Virus record (IMG/VR): IMGVR_UViG_3300035659_000003
Span: 32,001-96,000 of that record
Direction: 5' to 3' (one strand)
DNA: 64,000 nt
Source of the DNA: a virus
Shown one piece after another: positions 1 to 10,287 of the stretch; the stretch's first letter is position 1; each line of letters begins with the position of its first letter. The translations under genes and the position numbers were made by a program. Under the pieces are notes generated by a model that saw nothing but the letters and a program-made list of their open reading frames with translations, was not told where the DNA came from and did no database searches.

Positions 1-295
1 GGAGCACCAGCACGTTAACGGGGAAGGGGGCCTGTGTGATCATGCGCTTCAAGCACTCCTCCACGTAGACCTCGATGTGGAACCGGCTGCGCAGGTTCCC
101 CGTCTCATCCTGATAGTACTCGGTAGCCGCGCTCAGGGCCAGGTTCTTCTCCCAGTAGGTCAAGTCCTTGTAGACCACGGTGCCGGTCTTGCCGTTGATC
201 TCGATAGTCAGCTCTTTGACGTTCGCGTCGTCCACTACGACATCCGCCATTGTGATGCCGCCCTCGCTTGTCACCTTTGCCGGTCGTCCGCTCAT
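1..295 (-). CDS. probable tail assembly chaperone (runs off the window start)
   Basis: Manually translated ORF MSGRPAKVTSEGGITMADVVVDDANVKELTIEINGKTGTVVYKDLTYWEKNLALSAA...; RBS GGAGGGAG upstream; lies downstream of the tail tube gene. Confidence 0.55.
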   Translation of the reverse strand, partial: MSGRPAKVTSEGGITMADVVVDDANVKELTIEINGKTGTVVYKDLTYWEKNLALSAATEYYQDETGNLRSRFHIEVYVEECLKRMITQAPFPVNVLVL

Positions 296-304
296 ACTCC
301 CTCC

Positions 305-796
305 TTATGTGATCCCTGGATCGCCGCTTACACTAACCCAGTCCATCCAGTCCTCAACTGCCTGCAGCCCGTCGGGGCCGCCCACGAAGCCGTGCTCCCT
401 ATGCACTAGGCCCCGTGCCGGATCATACCGCCATTCGGGATGCGCCGCCAGCCAGTCTAGCCAGATTCGCTCGACTCGCTCGCACCACGCCCGCTGTCGG
501 TCAAACGGCAGGGCCGTAATGTCATACTCCATGCCCATCCGATTCTTAGCCTCGCGATGGTAGCCCGCCTGGGCACCCAGGATGCGCTCCCTGACCTCGG
601 CGTCCGGTATTGCCCGAACCGTCGGATCGCCTAGATACTGATCATGCGGGTTATGGAACCAGCGCAGCGCCTTGACTAGCTCGTCGCATACTGCATCCGC
701 GACCTTCTGCGGCACGGTGTTCTCCACCGCCGTGTTTAGCTGGTAGCTCTCAAGGTCAAAGTCTTCAGGGAAGCCCTGACCCATGATGTAGAACAT
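305..796 (-). CDS. hypothetical protein
   Basis: 163-aa ORF on the coding strand between tail tube and chaperone. Confidence 0.6.
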   Translation of the reverse strand: MFYIMGQGFPEDFDLESYQLNTAVENTVPQKVADAVCDELVKALRWFHNPHDQYLGDPTVRAIPDAEVRERILGAQAGYHREAKNRMGMEYDITALPFDRQRAWCERVERIWLDWLAAHPEWRYDPARGLVHREHGFVGGPDGLQAVEDWMDWVSVSGDPGIT

Positions 797-956
797 GGCC
801 TAGTTTATGGGTCGCGCGGACGGGATGGCCAGCTTATCCATTTTCGCTGCGTAGGGCACACCCTGTCCGGCTGAACAAACCTCTCAGGGCCTGGGAACGG
901 ATCGTCTCCAGGCAAGATTGGCGTCTTCGTTTTGGTATCAGTTTCCGTAGCCATCT

Positions 957-2021
957 TTAATTCGCGTAGATGGTAACGTCGCTCACGTCCCAGGTCGCCA
1001 TTTGCGGCACGAGGCCAGTAGGCGGCGCGGGAATGTGCGCAGGGGCGCTGAGCAGGACGGAGCCTGGATGCGTCGTCGAGAACCCGCCGGTGGAGCAGAT
1101 GATCGTAAACACCTGGCCAGTGGAGCCCGTGTCGCCCATAGTATTGAACTGCATGTAGATCTGCCCGCCGAGGGTCGGCCCAGGCCAGGTGGTTGCGCCC
1201 TGGTCGAGCAAGAACTCCCAGACGTTTCGGTCGATATTAGGATCGGACAGGTCAAGTTCTGTCTCCAGACGGTAGACCTGCTTACCTGGCACCAAGTCCT
1301 TCGGATGCTGCGCGCCATCCGCGCTATCCGCACGGGCCAGGTAGTACTTCGCCTCGATCTGGTTATCAACGGTCAGCGAGAACCGGCGCACGTGAGCAAC
1401 GGTTAGGCCAAGAATCTGAATCTCCGCCGAGGAGAACATAAACCTGCCCGCTGCCGAGGGGCCTGGGTCTGTACCTACGGTAGCGCTAGCAGAGTACTTG
1501 GCGTGACCCGACAGTGGATACGCAAGGGCAGTAGAAGTATGGATCATGTCCTTGAACAGAATCTCGTCCAAGCCGATCCGAAGCTCCTCGCCCTCGTTTG
1601 CGAAGATGGTAGCACGGTTGACACGCCCGCCCAGATAGTCGCGGATCAGGGGGAAGTAGCCGTCAGTATCCCGCAGCCCCACGGCCATCGTAAACGACGG
1701 GAAGGGAATCGTAACGCCTCGGAAGTCGTCCTGGTAGTCGTCGCCGACCTTCTTGCCCAGGATCATCTCCAGAATGCCTGCGTTGCCACCCTGCATGCGG
1801 ATATCCGGCACGGCTCCCCTGAAGGACTGGCGGCCCCGCAGAATAGTCTGGCGGCCCCGCGTCGAGAAGATGCCGAAGTACGGATACCATTCATACTCAG
1901 GATCGGCCACGTTTACGACCTCATGGATTCCGAATCGCTTCCAGCCGCTGACGGGAAGGGAGCCGAAGGTCGACTCCTTGGCCCAAAGTACTGAGGCGCG
2001 CTCCGTTCTGATGATACTCAC
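957..2021 (-). CDS. tail tube (major tail) protein
   Basis: 354 aa; N-terminal WAKESTFG, PSFTM, YLGGRVN, FSLTVDN pattern typical of siphovirus-like tail tubes; position after neck genes. Confidence 0.7.
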   Translation of the reverse strand: MSIIRTERASVLWAKESTFGSLPVSGWKRFGIHEVVNVADPEYEWYPYFGIFSTRGRQTILRGRQSFRGAVPDIRMQGGNAGILEMILGKKVGDDYQDDFRGVTIPFPSFTMAVGLRDTDGYFPLIRDYLGGRVNRATIFANEGEELRIGLDEILFKDMIHTSTALAYPLSGHAKYSASATVGTDPGPSAAGRFMFSSAEIQILGLTVAHVRRFSLTVDNQIEAKYYLARADSADGAQHPKDLVPGKQVYRLETELDLSDPNIDRNVWEFLLDQGATTWPGPTLGGQIYMQFNTMGDTGSTGQVFTIICSTGGFSTTHPGSVLLSAPAHIPAPPTGLVPQMATWDVSDVTIYAN

Positions 2022-2037
2022 TTACTTCACCTCTCTC

Positions 2038-2676
2038 TTAGAATGCGTCCGGCCTCGGCGCGCGTGCGGGAGGCACCGGAATCTCCGGCTCCTCATGCGC
2101 GTTTTCTGTCAGTGGTGTGCGCTGCGGCACCGGCTCGGAGGCCGATGGTCGTGATGGCGTCTCGTAGCCCGTAACGATGCCCGTGACAACCGGCACGAGC
2201 CGACTCGTCAGGCGGATATTACAAGTGCCACGCCAGTAGCGGTTCAGGCCCTCGGACTGCTCCTGAAAGCCGTCCCAGTAGAGCTGCTGATAGGGCCGAA
2301 TCACCCGCTGGTAGGTGTATATGATTCGGCGAACCTCGGACATCAGGTTGTAGAGCCGCTGACGGCTGTGCATCGTATGAATCTCAAGAGGGGACAAGAT
2401 GTCCACGTCCTTGAACTCGTAGGAGAATCCGCGCTGCTTCTCGTCGACTCGCGTCTCCCCGATCACGATGTAGTCGGATCGCTTGAGCCACATCTGCTGT
2501 GCGTCCTGCTGCACGTCGTCCTTGATGCGAATCGAGGGTTTCGGCAAGGCTCCGGCAGTGATCCAGGCCCAGTCAATGAGATCGCGCATGATCTCAGCAG
2601 GCACGGGCTCCGCGCCAGGCGTCGTCAAGGACGGGGTCGGGAGGGTGATTAGACCCTCTTGCACAGTCACGCCCAT
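2038..2676 (-). CDS. probable tail terminator/completion protein
   Basis: Position between head-tail adaptor and tail tube; helix RLYNLMSEVRRII. Confidence 0.55.
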   Translation of the reverse strand: MGVTVQEGLITLPTPSLTTPGAEPVPAEIMRDLIDWAWITAGALPKPSIRIKDDVQQDAQQMWLKRSDYIVIGETRVDEKQRGFSYEFKDVDILSPLEIHTMHSRQRLYNLMSEVRRIIYTYQRVIRPYQQLYWDGFQEQSEGLNRYWRGTCNIRLTSRLVPVVTGIVTGYETPSRPSASEPVPQRTPLTENAHEEPEIPVPPARAPRPDAF

Positions 2677-3776
2677 TAGAGGATCACCACATACCGAAGA
2701 TGATCGGCGCGCTCCAGCGCCACTTCATACCATTCCCTGACTTTTTCGCTCTTGCTCAGCTCGTTCAACCCGCTAGACAGCCAGCCAGTCTGGTCGCTAT
2801 TACGTGCCAAGTCAGCACCCACTAGCCGGAGGATGATGTGCTGCACCTCAGCCATCTGAGGGCTAGTTTCAAAGTCCTGCCCTGCGAGGTAGTCGATACT
2901 CACGCTGCGCGGCTGCCGCAGGTAGCGGCTCAGCAGGAAGCTGTAGTAGCGTAGCCGGAAGGACGGGAGCATGAAGTAGAACATCCCCGAGTAGGGGTCT
3001 AGGAACCAGTCCTTGCCGCGCCCCTCCCGCATAGCCTCGAACGCCGTCCCCTGCCAGAGCCCCACGTTCATCACCATCTGCGGCGGCTGAATACGTAGCC
3101 GCATCCCATAAGGATTGAAGTCGTGCGTCTCCCCCCACACCATCTTGTAGCGCCACGTCCGGCGGCAGTACTGATCGAGCCAGTCCTCCTGATCACGGAT
3201 GGCGTGCCGGACAACGGATACCTCCGGTGCCGTCACGTCCGTAAACGAAGGCAGGCTCAGGAACTGCGCCACGTGGTTGTAGGCGGCGTAGGTGTTATAC
3301 ATCAGCGGGCGCGCCTGCTTCAGGGTGAGCGTCCCCGCTACCGATGAGAAGCTGATGCGAATCCAGAACTCCGTCGTAACGTCGTTCGGCGGATTCTCGG
3401 TCTTGGGCCAGTTGCTCGCCGCCGAGGGAGTGTCGAGTCCCCAGGCGTACGGAGAGCGCCCCCAGTAGGCCGCGCCGTCGCTCTTGAAGGTGAAAGCGCG
3501 GTCGAACGTGTGGCCGGTCATAATCGTCTGGTAGACGTCCTCTAGGTGCACGGCCCGCCAGTCGTCGCCATCCCACAACGAGATGGTGTAGCCGACGGCA
3601 GAAGGGTACGCGGACAAGAAGAACAAGATGCCGGACGTCCAGTCGTCCATACCTAGATACAGCTCATCAGCCGTCTGGATCGTGAGGGCCATATCCGAGT
3701 CCGCCAGCGCGGTCTTGTCAGTCCAGGTGCCAGGCGCTCCTGGCCTAAAATGCCACACCGCCGCGAAAAGCTTCAT
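2676..3776 (-). CDS. head-tail adaptor (C-terminal part) with an extra N-terminal beta-rich domain
   Basis: C-terminal YAAYNHVAQFL...IRDQEDWLDQYCRRTW...SVSIDYLAG...VQHIILRLV adaptor-like pattern; synteny. Confidence 0.6.
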   Translation of the reverse strand: MKLFAAVWHFRPGAPGTWTDKTALADSDMALTIQTADELYLGMDDWTSGILFFLSAYPSAVGYTISLWDGDDWRAVHLEDVYQTIMTGHTFDRAFTFKSDGAAYWGRSPYAWGLDTPSAASNWPKTENPPNDVTTEFWIRISFSSVAGTLTLKQARPLMYNTYAAYNHVAQFLSLPSFTDVTAPEVSVVRHAIRDQEDWLDQYCRRTWRYKMVWGETHDFNPYGMRLRIQPPQMVMNVGLWQGTAFEAMREGRGKDWFLDPYSGMFYFMLPSFRLRYYSFLLSRYLRQPRSVSIDYLAGQDFETSPQMAEVQHIILRLVGADLARNSDQTGWLSSGLNELSKSEKVREWYEVALERADHLRYVVIL

Positions 3777-3779
3777 GAC

Positions 3780-4025
3780 CTAGTCCTCGTCTACCGCTAC
3801 CTCGGCGCTGCCCTTGGCGTCGACCTTGATCACTACTTGAGTCTCGGATACCGTCTTGGTCGTGGGTCGCCGCGTTTGCACCGGACGTCGACCAAGCCTG
3901 CGCGCGCTGCGCGTCGGCGTAGCGACACCAGCCTCCATGATCAGGTTGCGCCCGAACACGCCCGCAAGGGCGTTCAGGTGGCTCCGCTGGGCCTCCTCCA
4001 GCAAGGCCATATCACGTGTGTTCAT
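3780..4025 (-). CDS. hypothetical protein
   Basis: Start MNTRDMALLEE just after the upstream stop; fills the gap. Confidence 0.5.
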   Translation of the reverse strand: MNTRDMALLEEAQRSHLNALAGVFGRNLIMEAGVATPTRSARRLGRRPVQTRRPTTKTVSETQVVIKVDAKGSAEVAVDED

Positions 4026-4029
4026 GGTT

Positions 4030-4851
4030 CTACTCGGATTCGCTCCAGATGAGACGGATGTATTCGATGACGCCGATTTCCTCAATGCCGTCCGGAAGCA
4101 TGGACACGCCGATGCTGCCCACCGTGTGGACTGGACGTGCATTAAACCAGTTGCCTCCGCCCTCGACCAGGGATAGCGGCTGATAATCGGAGGGGCCGAT
4201 AGCTAGAACGTCCTCCCCCAGAACTCCGCCCTTGGGCGAATTGATAATGGTAAGGATGTCTACCCCCGCCCCTCCTGGGCCTTGGACTGAAAAGAGACCG
4301 CTAACCGTAGTGAAGCCCCTTATGCCATCGAAGGTCAGAACTTCGGTAAGGCCCGCAGCAATTTCTGAGCCTACTCCCAGCCATAGTTCCAACTGGTCTA
4401 TCTGATTGCCCACGCCCGCGCCCGTCTTCCAGAGGTAGAAGTAGTAGGTGTGCGGCAGCCCATCAGATATCAAGCCGCCAATCGGAGTGGCAGTCAACCA
4501 GCTCGTTCCGGACGCGTCGAGAACCGGCGCAGGGACGGCGATTGTCCGGTCAAATATCAAGTTGGCGGGAAGCTGGTCGTCCACATAGACGCGGACGCGC
4601 AGGTCGTTGCCGTCGTCAACCGTGAAGTTGACCGTCAATTGAAGAGCGACACTCAATACCGTGAACCTAGCGTCCGCTGGCGTAGCAAGAGTAATAGGAA
4701 CAGCGAAGTCAGCCGCGCCCAGTCCTGCGGCCTCTGCCACTGCCGCGATAACAAGGGGCGCGCCAGGCACCAAGTCGCCGGTGGTAAGAGCCCCTGGGGA
4801 ATAGGCTGCGTCCCTGACCGCGTTTACTTTTCCGTCTCTGATGATGGCCAT
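4030..4851 (-). CDS. putative virion structural protein
   Basis: 273-aa beta-rich, A/G/V-rich ORF in the structural operon. Confidence 0.6.
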   Translation of the reverse strand: MAIIRDGKVNAVRDAAYSPGALTTGDLVPGAPLVIAAVAEAAGLGAADFAVPITLATPADARFTVLSVALQLTVNFTVDDGNDLRVRVYVDDQLPANLIFDRTIAVPAPVLDASGTSWLTATPIGGLISDGLPHTYYFYLWKTGAGVGNQIDQLELWLGVGSEIAAGLTEVLTFDGIRGFTTVSGLFSVQGPGGAGVDILTIINSPKGGVLGEDVLAIGPSDYQPLSLVEGGGNWFNARPVHTVGSIGVSMLPDGIEEIGVIEYIRLIWSESE

Positions 4852-4852
4852 C

Positions 4853-5224
4853 TTACCGTCCTACCTCTACTAGGTAAACGAGGATGCCGACGTCTACGCC
4901 TACGCCGCCGAGCGGGGCGACTACTTCAAGTCCGTCGTCCGAGCTAAAAAGAATCTCCTCTTCGGGAATCCAAGCGCCGGACTGCTCCGCGCTGAGCGAG
5001 ATTGTCCGGAGAGGAACCGGCCCGCCCACTACGCCGGATACCAGGTATATCTCGACATCGACTGTGGAGGCCACCGAGTAGTAGACGCCTACTGCGTCCA
5101 CGCGCCAAGCCGCACCGATCTGCTCGGTGTCGACGGTCAACGGCGCGCCAAGGGCAAAATCACTAAAGCGCAGCAACCTGCCTCTCGTGCCAGATATCTC
5201 GTCTGCTTTCTTTTCAAGAGCCAT
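4853..5224 (-). CDS. putative small virion protein
   Basis: 123-aa ORF with RBS AGGAG; tightly coupled to neighbours. Confidence 0.55.
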   Translation of the reverse strand: MALEKKADEISGTRGRLLRFSDFALGAPLTVDTEQIGAAWRVDAVGVYYSVASTVDVEIYLVSGVVGGPVPLRTISLSAEQSGAWIPEEEILFSSDDGLEVVAPLGGVGVDVGILVYLVEVGR

Positions 5225-5233
5225 GTATCTCTC

Positions 5234-5605
5234 CTACCCGATTAGCTTCACCACGAGCGCCGCGATTCCCGACGCCACACCTGCTGCCGCGATGGTTGTA
5301 GCAACCACATAGCGAACAGCGTCCTTGATCGTGATCACGCCCTTCTTGAAATCCTCCAGCTTGTCAAACCGGCCCCCACAAACGGCAACCTGTTTGCTGT
5401 AGTTACTCGCCGCCGCCGTCTGTTGATGATTCACGACGTTGCGAAGCGCCTCAAAGTCTTGACGACTAACAACTGCGTCAGCGCGGTCGCTTGAGGCACC
5501 CGAGGTCACACGCTCCTCTAGTGAAGTCAGACGATCATCGATCCCATTAAGACGGTCACGGATACCGGCCAGGACTTCGGTATAGGTTTCGTTGCCGTTT
5601 GCCAT
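5234..5605 (-). CDS. coiled-coil protein with C-terminal transmembrane helix (possible holin/lysis accessory)
   Basis: Heptad region IRDRLNGIDDRLTSLEERV; hydrophobic C-terminus YVVATTIAAAGVASGIAALVVKLIG. Confidence 0.5.
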   Translation of the reverse strand: MANGNETYTEVLAGIRDRLNGIDDRLTSLEERVTSGASSDRADAVVSRQDFEALRNVVNHQQTAAASNYSKQVAVCGGRFDKLEDFKKGVITIKDAVRYVVATTIAAAGVASGIAALVVKLIG

Positions 5606-5667
5606 GTCCGGCCTCCCTGTTGATTGGGGCGGGGTGATTTAGTCCCCGCCCCGTAGTTTATTCAGGT

Positions 5668-6963
5668 TTACTCGAACGCGAACACAGTGACACGGTCGGC
5701 AGCAAGAAGAGGAGAGGCCGCAATGCCCGTAACGGTTACGAGGGCAGGAATTCCAGCCCCCGCTGCCGCGAACACGACTGAGCCCGCAAACGGCAAGAAC
5801 ACGCCAGCAGTCTCGAGAACCACGATCCCCCAGAAAGCGTCGAAAGGAAGGGGAATCCGCACCTCGCCGAAACCAGCGCCCGCCAGTGCCTCGCCCGCGT
5901 CGGGGATCACGGTCACGCAACAGACCTGCTTCCTGCCTGGGTCTGCACCGCGCCACATGGTTACCTCGTCGAATACGCAGTCCAGAGGAATGACGGTGAC
6001 CGCGACGGTTGCCGGAGTAGCGGGGCCAAGGATATCAAACGTCAGGAGCAAGTCTATGCCCGCAACGAGGCTCTGTGCCGTAACGTTGTTGACCGCGCCG
6101 ATGGCGTCGTTGTCGTTGATGGTTGCCGCGATAAGTGGAGTGAGAACAACGGCAGCAACCGGCGCGCCGGTGGCCTGAGAGCCAATCGGAATATTGGCCG
6201 ACAGTGCAGTTACGTGTGATACGCTCCAGAAGATGTCTACTCCGTTAGCGTGTGGCGCTGCAGCCGTTCCGCAGCGTGCACGCCCGAAGGTCACGCTGGT
6301 GCCTGCAACGTTAAGGACGCGCAGGTATTCCGCGCCGATGAAAACAAGCTCGCCCACAATCACCGGAGTCACGCCGCCGATGCCGCTTTGCACGTAACCG
6401 CGCGCAGGGGTCAGCACGACGGTCAACGGGTTAGTGATGTTGTTGAAGTCGTTATTGGCTGTGTTGTCAGCAGAGTCCAACGTGATGTCGTCCAGCTCGA
6501 AGGTGTCCGTGCCGATCTGGTAGGTATCACCAGGAACAGGAACGCCGGTTCGCGCCGTGCCAGCGACTACGCGCGCCGTCCCCATCGCAAAACGACCAGG
6601 GTCGTCCAGCGGAGGAGACGCCAGAAGGTTAACGGCAAGTGCGGCAGGTTCAATCTTGTCAAGGGCTGTAGCCGCATTGAAGAAGTCATTCGCCATCTTT
6701 GCTCGGCCAGCCGCGTCAGCCGACAGTACATCGTCGGCGAGGTCGTCGGTATCAACCGCCAGGTTATCGATGGCCAAGCTAGTGAGCCCGCCCTTATCGG
6801 GCAAGTCCATCCATACCGCCAGGTTGATGATGATGGTGTCAGGGCTGCCCTCGATAAGGTAGACCGCGTCGGTCAGGGACGGATCATTTATGTAGGTGAC
6901 CTGCCTATAGACGGGCCGCGCCAGGTTCCCCAGTTGAGTCAGGGTCAGTTTAGTAAGTGCCAT
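5668..6963 (-). CDS. virion structural protein (head fibre/decoration-like)
   Basis: Likely start MALTKLTLTQ at 6963; A/V/T/G-rich; contains the IGAEYLRV...TFGRARCGT...H module. Confidence 0.6.
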   Translation of the reverse strand: MALTKLTLTQLGNLARPVYRQVTYINDPSLTDAVYLIEGSPDTIIINLAVWMDLPDKGGLTSLAIDNLAVDTDDLADDVLSADAAGRAKMANDFFNAATALDKIEPAALAVNLLASPPLDDPGRFAMGTARVVAGTARTGVPVPGDTYQIGTDTFELDDITLDSADNTANNDFNNITNPLTVVLTPARGYVQSGIGGVTPVIVGELVFIGAEYLRVLNVAGTSVTFGRARCGTAAAPHANGVDIFWSVSHVTALSANIPIGSQATGAPVAAVVLTPLIAATINDNDAIGAVNNVTAQSLVAGIDLLLTFDILGPATPATVAVTVIPLDCVFDEVTMWRGADPGRKQVCCVTVIPDAGEALAGAGFGEVRIPLPFDAFWGIVVLETAGVFLPFAGSVVFAAAGAGIPALVTVTGIAASPLLAADRVTVFAFE

Positions 6964-6964
6964 A

Positions 6965-7429
6965 TTAGTAAGTCCTCTCGTCGTCGCACAGAATGTAGTC
7001 GAACGCAAGCTCGACCGTGCCCGCAAATGCGCCACCACAGATCACCGCGAAGATAATCGGCTGCTCCGCCGCCACCCGCAAGGCGTTAGTGGTCAACGCG
7101 CCGTAGACGATAGTGTTGTCGGCTGGCGTTGTCGCACCGAGAATCTGGGTGATCAGGCTATTGCCCGCCGCCGCCGCTTCGTCATAAAGCGATGGTGCCA
7201 GAAGGTCGATGCTTGTCAGCCCCGCGAGGCTCTCGCCCAGAATCCTGACATCAACGATGCGGATCGGGACGGTAGGAACCAGGCATGTGGCGCGAACCTC
7301 GCCGTTAATCGGCACGATCTTGACGGGATTGCTGGTGCGGAGCATCTCCTGCCCCTTTCCCAGCTCGTCCACCACGCGCTTGGCAGTGCTGTAAAGAACC
7401 CGTTGTCGCCTAGCTGCTGGGTACGCCAC
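6965..7429 (-). CDS. putative capsid decoration protein, paralog 2
   Basis: 154 aa; tandem paralog of 7431..7895 (both start AYPAARRQRVLYSTAKRV and end DYILCD[DE]ERTY). Confidence 0.6.
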   Translation of the reverse strand: MAYPAARRQRVLYSTAKRVVDELGKGQEMLRTSNPVKIVPINGEVRATCLVPTVPIRIVDVRILGESLAGLTSIDLLAPSLYDEAAAAGNSLITQILGATTPADNTIVYGALTTNALRVAAEQPIIFAVICGGAFAGTVELAFDYILCDDERTY

Positions 7430-7430
7430 C

Positions 7431-7895
7431 CTAGTAAGTCCTCTCCTCGTCGCAGAGGATGTAGTCTACCTGCACCTCGACGGAACCCGTGGCCGCGCCT
7501 GCAGTTATCACAACAAGATTGATGGGCTGCTCCGCCGCTACCCTATTAGCCAACGGAAGAACCGCGCCGTAGACTAGGGTGTCGTCCGCCGCTGCTGCCA
7601 ACTCTGTGATCAAACGGTTACCCGCACCTGCTGCAGAATCATAGAGAGCCGGAGCTAGGACGTTGATGCTGGTAAGGTTGGCGACGCTCTCGCCCATAAC
7701 CTTGACGTCAACAATGCGAACAGGAACGGTAGGAATGCCCACGATCGCGCGGATCGTGCTTGCGCCCGCCTGAGTAATCTTAACCGGCCCAAATGTGCGC
7801 AGGGCCTCCTGACCCTTACCGAGTTCGTCGCGGACGCGCTTTGCGGTGCTATAAAGAACACGCTGTCTTCGTGCTGCTGGGTACGCCATCGTCAC
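7431..7895 (-). CDS. putative capsid decoration protein, paralog 1
   Basis: First gene downstream of the major capsid gene; paralog of 6965..7429. Confidence 0.6.
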   Translation of the reverse strand: MTMAYPAARRQRVLYSTAKRVRDELGKGQEALRTFGPVKITQAGASTIRAIVGIPTVPVRIVDVKVMGESVANLTSINVLAPALYDSAAGAGNRLITELAAAADDTLVYGAVLPLANRVAAEQPINLVVITAGAATGSVEVQVDYILCDEERTY

Positions 7896-8085
7896 TATTC
7901 CTCTCTGGGAGGGGGGCCATGGGACTCCCCGCCTATGCTTTTCGCCTCTTCCCGTGTGAGCGCCAGGGCCGGAGAAAGGAGGCGAACTCCGGCCTGCGCC
8001 ATTTCAGCTTTCGCTGTCGTCCTTTTAACCAAGGAAGGGGGCTAGGCGGATGCCGTAACCCCGTCCCTTACTATGTTGTCCTTGT

Positions 8086-9507
8086 TTACGTCAGGTTGAC
8101 GCCGTCGCTCAAGTCGACGATCTTCGCCTGCTTCCTGAAGTCCATGCAGCGGAGGTTGAAGGCGGTAAGGTAGATGGCCTTGATGCCGAGCATGTTGTTC
8201 TGGAGGTAGTCACGGGATTCCATATACTGGGTGGTGAAGAGAACCGGAATCTCGAGGAACCGAGTGTCCATCACGTACACGTTCGGGCCGCGCTTCTCGT
8301 CACCGGCAGCCGCCAACTGGTAGCTAGTCGGGGTATCGAAGTCGTGGAAGACTGGGATGCCCTTGTAGGTTGCCACCTGGAAGCCGGTCGGGTAACCCTT
8401 CAGCGTGCCTTCGCCGCCGAGCTTGACCTGGAACTCGCCTTCACCGATGAAGTGCTGGTTGGCCTGGAGAATGGTTCCCAGTCGGGTCAACTGCTCGATG
8501 CCGGTTGTGACTAGGTCGGGCTCGCCGCCGTTCCGACGTACCCTGTCAATGGCCTGGTCTAGCAGGACAGTGCTCAGGTGCCGGAGTGGAGCCGCTGCGG
8601 AAGCAGCCTCAAACACGTTGCCTGCGTTCCAGGCCAGGGCATCGCGGTCGGCAAGAACGAGGGAGCCGTAGCCCGCAACTTCGGCGTTGGTGAACGTCGC
8701 GCCGTTGCGGATACGGGCCGTCTGGTCGACCACGTCGTCGAGGCTGTAGGAAGCGCCGCGATCGCGTGCGTAGAGGATGCGGTCGGTTGTGGTGATCTGG
8801 TCAAACGTGGCCACCGTGTCGGAAGTGATGCCGGTGCAGATGATGTCCTGTGCCTGACCTGCCTCGCGGAACGTGTCGCCCACGTTCAGCCACGAGGTGT
8901 CGATCAAGGTGACCGCGCCTGCAGGAGCAGCGCCTAGCACGATGCGCTGGTCACTAGATGCCAGAAGCATCTGGTTGAGGCGCTTCGTGTGGTCGATCAT
9001 CGCAGTCTCCTGCGCTACCGCCAGGGCGTCCCCGATACCACCCTCCAGGGTGCCCAGGAACTGTGCCAGAGCGGAAACGCCGATGGACGTCACGATGAAT
9101 CTCGGCTGGATGTAGACGGTCTGCAGGTCAGGGCTGTCGATGTCCGGCAGGGCCGCGACTTCCGTCACGGGCCGAGTCGAACGGTTACGACCAGACCGAA
9201 TCCTGTAACCTGTGGTTGGCCCCCACGCCACCTTTCGGAGCAGGTTGAACACCCTGGTCTGGGAGTTCAAACTATCCCAGACTTTGGCTCCAAAAGTATT
9301 GACAAAAAAGTCACCCGCAATGAATGCATCGGCAGGCGGGGACGAGGTGATGTCCTTCTGGAGGAGGCCGGAGCCTGGGCCGAAGTAGCCGTAGCGGAGT
9401 TCGCGGGGACTAGAGCCACCAGGAACGCGCTGCAGCCAGTCGGCTAGAGTTCTCGGACTCCAGTTGATGGCCTTGTTTAGTTGGCTGTTGCGGTAAGAGC
9501 TTCCCAT
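8086..9507 (-). CDS. major capsid protein (HK97 fold)
   Basis: 473 aa; FGAKVWDSLNSQTRVFNLL, W-G-YRI, NGGEPDLVTTG, GFQVATYKGIPV, YVMDTRFL, C-terminal QAKIVDL; follows acidic scaffold gene. Confidence 0.85.
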   Translation of the reverse strand: MGSSYRNSQLNKAINWSPRTLADWLQRVPGGSSPRELRYGYFGPGSGLLQKDITSSPPADAFIAGDFFVNTFGAKVWDSLNSQTRVFNLLRKVAWGPTTGYRIRSGRNRSTRPVTEVAALPDIDSPDLQTVYIQPRFIVTSIGVSALAQFLGTLEGGIGDALAVAQETAMIDHTKRLNQMLLASSDQRIVLGAAPAGAVTLIDTSWLNVGDTFREAGQAQDIICTGITSDTVATFDQITTTDRILYARDRGASYSLDDVVDQTARIRNGATFTNAEVAGYGSLVLADRDALAWNAGNVFEAASAAAPLRHLSTVLLDQAIDRVRRNGGEPDLVTTGIEQLTRLGTILQANQHFIGEGEFQVKLGGEGTLKGYPTGFQVATYKGIPVFHDFDTPTSYQLAAAGDEKRGPNVYVMDTRFLEIPVLFTTQYMESRDYLQNNMLGIKAIYLTAFNLRCMDFRKQAKIVDLSDGVNLT

Positions 9508-9525
9508 CGTGGTATCGCCCCTCCC

Positions 9526-10287
9526 CTAGATGATCGAATCCGGCAGATCACCGACCGCAACGCGGAAGCGGTTGATCTCCTGGAAACTCATGCCGCGAGC
9601 CCGATCTTCCAGCTCGCCCAGGTCAGGCGTGGGCTCCGACGGGGTCTTCCCCACGGTCGGGCCAACGGCCTTCTTGATGATGCCCGCCGAAACGAGAGCG
9701 GCCTTGATCTCTGCATTCTCGTCGAAGAGCTTCTTGAGGGTCGGCCCCATCTTGCTCTTCGGGATGATTGTGGCGTCGGCAGGCCAGTCCTTGGTGTCGG
9801 GAGTGATGGGAGGGTTACCTGGAACGTCCGAGTCCTTCTCGCCGAAATTGCTAGAGGCGTCGTCCTTGTCCACCTTGGCCTTGCGGGCCATACTGACCAG
9901 GCCAGGCACGTTCTTGGTGTCCTCTTCCGAACCGCTATAGCTCTCCGGCGACCCTAGATCGCTGTCGCCGTAGGGACTAAAGTCGGACTCGGTTGCGGAC
10001 TCGCCCAACTCGAACTCGTCCTCTTCGGGGGCCTCTTCGTCCTCCTCGGAGTCTTCGTCGCTGTCGAGCGCCATGACATGCTTGGTCAGGGCGGACATGG
10101 AGCGGGTAAGGTCAAGCATCAGCGTTGCCTGCTCGCGCAGGGCCTTGCTGAGCGAACTCACCTTGGTCTCTAGCGACTCAGCGGAATCCTCGTCGTCGTC
10201 CCCCTCGTCCTCGGACAGGAGAGACTCCAGGCTTTCCTCGTCATCGCCCTCGGGATTGTCTGCCAGACGTAGAAGTCTCTTATTCAT
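9526..10287 (-). CDS. capsid scaffolding protein
   Basis: Very acidic, coiled-coil/disordered 253 aa directly upstream of the MCP; carries several hydrophobic-x-K sites (LSKA, LTKH, VDKD, IKKA). Confidence 0.7.
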   Translation of the reverse strand: MNKRLLRLADNPEGDDEESLESLLSEDEGDDDEDSAESLETKVSSLSKALREQATLMLDLTRSMSALTKHVMALDSDEDSEEDEEAPEEDEFELGESATESDFSPYGDSDLGSPESYSGSEEDTKNVPGLVSMARKAKVDKDDASSNFGEKDSDVPGNPPITPDTKDWPADATIIPKSKMGPTLKKLFDENAEIKAALVSAGIIKKAVGPTVGKTPSEPTPDLGELEDRARGMSFQEINRFRVAVGDLPDSII

